A DNA stretch of 64,000 nucleotides from Granulicella sp. (GTDB taxonomy: Bacteria > Acidobacteriota > Terriglobia > Terriglobales > Acidobacteriaceae). Made by a program: the position numbers and the translations under genes. Position 1 is the stretch's first letter. Each line of letters starts with the position of its first letter. This document shows, one piece after another, positions 60,433-64,000 of this stretch. A model generated the notes under the pieces. The model saw only the letters and a program-made list of their open reading frames with translations. It searched no databases and had not been told where the DNA came from. The DNA lies in assembly GCA_027339965.1 (NCBI GenBank), contig DAHWNL010000051.1:1-64000 (forward strand), read 5' to 3'.

Positions 60433-62097
60433 CTAACCCAGGATCGCCGCCAGATCCTTCTCCGGCGTGGTGATGGCCATCAGGTTGTACTTCTCCTGCA
60501 GCAGCGCCAGCACGCCCGGCGACAAGAACGCCGGCAACGTAGGTCCGATGCGCATGTTCTTGACCCCCAGGTGCAGCAGGGTGAGCAGGATGGCCACAGC
60601 CTTCTGCTCATACCAGGAGAGCACCAGCGAAAGCGGCAGATCATTCACTCCGCAGTCAAACGCCTTGGCCAGCGCCAGAGCCACCTGCAGCGCCGAGTAG
60701 GTGTCATTGCACTGCCCCATGTCCAGCAGCCGCGGCAGGCCGCCAATTTGGCCGAACTCCAGCTTGTTGAAGCGGTACTTGCCGCAGGCCAGCGTAAGGA
60801 TCATGCAGTCGTTGGGCACGGAGGCAGCCAGTTCCGTATAGTAGCTGCGCTGCGAGCGAGCGCCGTCGCATCCGCCGATGAGGAAGAGGTGGCGGATGGC
60901 GCCGGACTTGACCGCCTCGACCACCTTGTCGGCGAGGCCCAGGACCGCATCATGGCCGAAGCCGACGGTAATCTCCTCATCGCCTCCGTCTTCGGCAAAG
61001 CCTGGAGCCTTCAGCGCGGCGCGGATCACCGGATCAAACCTCTGACCCTCTACGTGCGGAACGCCGGGCCACTGCACGACACCGGTGGTGAAGATTCTGT
61101 CCTGGTAGGTGAGCAGAGGCTTCTGGATACAGTTGGAGGTCATCAGAATGGCGCCGGGAAAGGCATCAAACTCCGCCGCTTGATCCATCCAGGCGCCGCC
61201 GTAGTTGCCCGCCAGATGCGGAAACCTCTTCAGCTTGGGATAGCCGTGAGCCGGCAGCATCTCGCCGTGCGTGTAGACCTGAATGCCCAGCCCCTCAGTC
61301 TGCTGCAGCAGAGCGTAGAGGTCGTGCAAATCATGGCCGGAGACCAGGATCGCCTTGCCCTTGCGCGCGCCCAGCCGCACCCGGGTGGGCTGCGGATGCC
61401 CGAAGGTGTCCGTGTGCGCCTTGTCCAGAATCTCCATCACGCGGTAGTTGAGCTCGCCGACGCTGAGCGCAAGGGCCAACAACTCCGCGGTGCTCGGCGC
61501 GTGGTGGGTGAGAGTGTTCAAGACCTCATGGATCTTGCCATAGGAGACCGGGTCGCCGGCGCCCAGCGCGAGAGCATGCACGGCGTAGGCGGCCACGCCC
61601 TTGAGGCCATAGAGCACCAGCTCCTGGAGGTCCGCAATCTCGCGGCCCTCCTCCAGCATCCGCGCCGGAAGCACCACCTGCTTGCTCTGCGCAATCAACT
61701 CATCCCGCCGGGTAGCCGGCTGCCAGACCGCGGCCCCGCCAAACTCCTGCGCCGCCACCCCGCTCTCCATCGCCGCGCGCTCATAGATGCAGCGCGCAGC
61801 CGCCCGCATCGCCACCGCCTCCTCAATAAGGCGAGCCAAAGCGTCAACGTCAAAGTTTACGTTGGTCAGTGTGGCAAATAGCGCCCGGATGGTGAAGGCG
61901 TCCACCTCTGGATCACACACCCTCAAGGCCTTGTTTGCCGCTCCCAGCAGACGCGCGTGGTGCGCGTAGATGGAGATTCCCTTGACGATGTGCAGCAGAA
62001 CGTCCTGCAACGCTGCTGCGTCCTCATCTTTGCCACAGACACCCTGTGTCTGGCAGGCTACCCCTGCGGAAGTCTGTTCACACTGATAACAAAACAT
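60433..62097 (-). CDS. hcp: Hybrid cluster protein (hydroxylamine/NO reductase)
   Basis: MFCYQCEQT..C..GVCGK, SGHDL, THGEM, GGCDG, GQCND, SWYEQKA. Confidence 0.97.
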   Translation of the reverse strand: MFCYQCEQTSAGVACQTQGVCGKDEDAAALQDVLLHIVKGISIYAHHARLLGAANKALRVCDPEVDAFTIRALFATLTNVNFDVDALARLIEEAVAMRAAARCIYERAAMESGVAAQEFGGAAVWQPATRRDELIAQSKQVVLPARMLEEGREIADLQELVLYGLKGVAAYAVHALALGAGDPVSYGKIHEVLNTLTHHAPSTAELLALALSVGELNYRVMEILDKAHTDTFGHPQPTRVRLGARKGKAILVSGHDLHDLYALLQQTEGLGIQVYTHGEMLPAHGYPKLKRFPHLAGNYGGAWMDQAAEFDAFPGAILMTSNCIQKPLLTYQDRIFTTGVVQWPGVPHVEGQRFDPVIRAALKAPGFAEDGGDEEITVGFGHDAVLGLADKVVEAVKSGAIRHLFLIGGCDGARSQRSYYTELAASVPNDCMILTLACGKYRFNKLEFGQIGGLPRLLDMGQCNDTYSALQVALALAKAFDCGVNDLPLSLVLSWYEQKAVAILLTLLHLGVKNMRIGPTLPAFLSPGVLALLQEKYNLMAITTPEKDLAAILG

Positions 62098-62160
62098 TGC
62101 CGGTCTTCCTCCTTCGGATTCGTCCTACGAAGAAGGTTATGGATCCCGGCGGAGGACTGC

Positions 62161-62176
62161 AGCGACTGTGGTCACA
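62161..62176 (-). promoter_or_regulatory. Crp/Fnr (HcpR-like) box for hcp
   Basis: TGTGA-CCACAG-TCGCT; centre about -41.5 from the TSS implied by TAACCT (62139-34). Confidence 0.7.
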
Positions 62177-62246
62177 TCACTGAAGGGCGGATGCCGGATC
62201 AATCTCTCCTCCCGGAAGATCCGGCGCACCCTGAAAACCCCTGGGG

Positions 62247-62262
62247 TGTGATTCAGATCGCA
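62247..62262 (+). promoter_or_regulatory. Crp/Fnr (HcpR-like) box for ric
   Basis: TGTGA-TTCAGA-TCGCA; centre 42.5 bp before the leaderless ATG at 62297 (TAAAGT -10). Confidence 0.7.
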
Positions 62263-62296
62263 GCGGCCATCCCGATCCCGGCCTAAAGTTGAGTCC

Positions 62297-63097
62297 ATGG
62301 AACCCGCCACGCCACCCGCGATCGCGACCCAAACTCTGCGCAAGATCGCTCTGGAGCAGCCCACTTCGATCCGAGTCTTTGAGCACTTGGGGATCGATTC
62401 CTGCTGTTGCGGCGACAAGTCACTGGCCGCGGCCTGCGCTGAGGCTCATCTGGACATCCGCGCGGTCCTGACGGCTCTTCGATTTGCAGCCGAACAGCCG
62501 CTCCTACCCACACCGGACTGGTCTAATGCCTCCATGGAACTGCTCTGCGCCCACATCGTGTTTAAACACCATGCCTACCTGCGGCGCGAACTTCCGCTGC
62601 TGATAGAGACTGCCAAAGGGCTTCTGAGCCGCCGCGGCCAAGCCCAGCCGGAGCTGGCCGGTATCCTGTCCACCCTGAGCCGGCTGGAGTTTGACCTGAT
62701 CGAACATCTGTCCAAGGAAGAGACCGTCGTCTTCCCTTACATCGTCAGTCTGGAGAGAGCCGTGGACCGCTCTCTTTGGGAGTCTGAGCCGATTCCGATG
62801 AGTTGCTTCGGCTTTCTTTCCAAGCCGGTGGCCCTACTTTGCGGCGATCACGAGGCGATCCTCGACCATCTCTCCCGGATCCGCGACTGGAGTCACGGGT
62901 ATACCCCACCACTCCGTTCATGTGAAACTTCGTGCTCCTTCTACAAGGAGCTGCACAACCTGGACGCGGACCTGCGCCAGCACCTCCACCTGGAGAACAA
63001 CATTCTGTTTCCTCGCGCGGTACAGATGGAGACCGCTGAGGAGTTTGTGAGCAGTCATGCGGCCGGGAACGTGGCCACGGAGTTCTCCAGCCATTGA
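62297..63097 (+). CDS. ric: Iron-sulfur cluster repair di-iron protein (RIC/YtfE/ScdA)
   Basis: GIDSCCCG (ScdA_N), HHAYLR, EHLSKEE, DHE, HLHLENNILFP. Confidence 0.9.
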   Translation: MEPATPPAIATQTLRKIALEQPTSIRVFEHLGIDSCCCGDKSLAAACAEAHLDIRAVLTALRFAAEQPLLPTPDWSNASMELLCAHIVFKHHAYLRRELPLLIETAKGLLSRRGQAQPELAGILSTLSRLEFDLIEHLSKEETVVFPYIVSLERAVDRSLWESEPIPMSCFGFLSKPVALLCGDHEAILDHLSRIRDWSHGYTPPLRSCETSCSFYKELHNLDADLRQHLHLENNILFPRAVQMETAEEFVSSHAAGNVATEFSSH

Positions 63098-63297
63098 CCA
63101 ACCGAACCCGAGCCCCTGCCCAAGGCCGGAGCAAGGGCCAGAAAGAGAGCCGGAAGAAGAGGCTCCCTTCACCCGGATGGACCAGCGAAATTGGCCAACG
63201 AAGCAGGCCAGCGAAAGTAGGGAAGTGAGCTGTTTTAAATCATCCTTCGAAAGGCTTTCCCATAAAGCGATGTCCACTTCAGCCATGTCTTCCGCTA

Positions 63298-63409
63298 AAG
63301 CGTTTGCAGTGCAGGTGTAACGCGACGCCTCGACCTCCATGGGCGTTTTCCCCAATGAAAACGCCACTGCACGCCCTCTCCGGTGTACCCAGCAACACTG
63401 AAAATGCTA
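63298..63409 (+). mobile_element. 112-bp MITE, copy 4 (most diverged)
   Basis: TA-flanked (63296-97, 63410-11); left TIR degenerate AAGCGTTTGCAGTG; same hairpin. Confidence 0.85.
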
Positions 63410-63880
63410 TAGCGGCTACACCTACGTCACCTCTCCCCGGCCTTCGCTCTGCCGGACTCTGTCCTGGGATCTTCCGTCAGCCCACCTGGCAGTGGACGCG
63501 GAGCGCCACCGCGGTGAACATGCGTTTTGCTTGCATGCCCTGCCCCCCAGCCTAACGCTGTATGGCGTATGGCTTTCTCGGCCAGCGGGCGAGGCGGCAT
63601 CGCGATGACCCAGCCGGCACTGTTGCGCCGCTCTGCGCAGCCGGACAGTGGTAGCATCTTCCCATGACCGATTCGGACCAACGGGCGTCACCGCTTCCAC
63701 GGGGAGACGGCTCTGGGCGATCCGTACTGAGATCCTCCGCGCCCAAGCCTGAGTCAGGTCATCGGGTCGAGTTGGGCAATCCGCGCTTGATCGCGCAGCG
63801 CAAGGACGAAAAGGAACTCATCGCCGCACCGATCCTTATTCAGATGCTGGAAGACCATAGTCTCTGCACTCGTCAGGCAC

Positions 63881-64000
63881 ATGCGTAGACGAACGTTGAT
63901 TCCGCTGTTGATCGCTGTGCTTTTGCTCAGCGTTCTGGGAGTCATGCTTTATCTGCGCGCCAAGGCCCCGCCGGAGGCGGCGCGTCTGCTGCCGGAGTCA
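63881..64000 (+). CDS. Hypothetical membrane-anchored protein, 5' part only
   Basis: MRRRTLIPLLIAVLLLSVLGVMLYLRAKAPPEAARLLPES, open to the window edge. Confidence 0.65.
   Translation, partial: MRRRTLIPLLIAVLLLSVLGVMLYLRAKAPPEAARLLPES

Noticed and set aside
60385..61881. Long antisense/shadow ORFs (this one and e.g. 805-2031, 2338-3807, 4542-5699, 15086-16444, 45923-47350, 50155-51588)
   Set aside because: They overlap well-supported genes on the opposite strand or frame, as expected from high-GC codon bias, and show no motifs

Overview
High-GC bacterial chromosome segment. Gene repertoire and protein style suggest Acidobacteriota (inference). Housekeeping content: nadB-nadC, three MacB-type ABC permeases, RNase P RNA, iscR-iscS-iscU-iscA, dnaB, tRNA-Ser(GCT), a TolC-MFP-RND efflux operon, and several hydrolases and secreted proteins. 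Most notable: (1) a candidate undescribed RiPP/metallopeptide system, made of a 170-aa Cys/His/Gly-rich precursor with five Cys-X3-(Asp/Glu) motifs and an RRE-radical SAM-SPASM maturase, preceded by a structured leader; (2) a 111-112-bp TA-flanked MITE in four copies, one of which sits between those two genes and supplies the precursor stop and possibly the maturase start; (3) a split nitrosative-stress regulon (Crp/Fnr, PAS, nnrS, radical SAM, hemerythrin; hcp, ric) with three Crp/Fnr-type boxes at class II positions; (4) a Chlamydia-type class Ic (Mn/Fe, no radical Tyr) ribonucleotide reductase under both a cobalamin riboswitch and an NrdR box; (5) widespread leaderless-gene signatures. All calls come from reading the sequence and from family knowledge; no searches were run.
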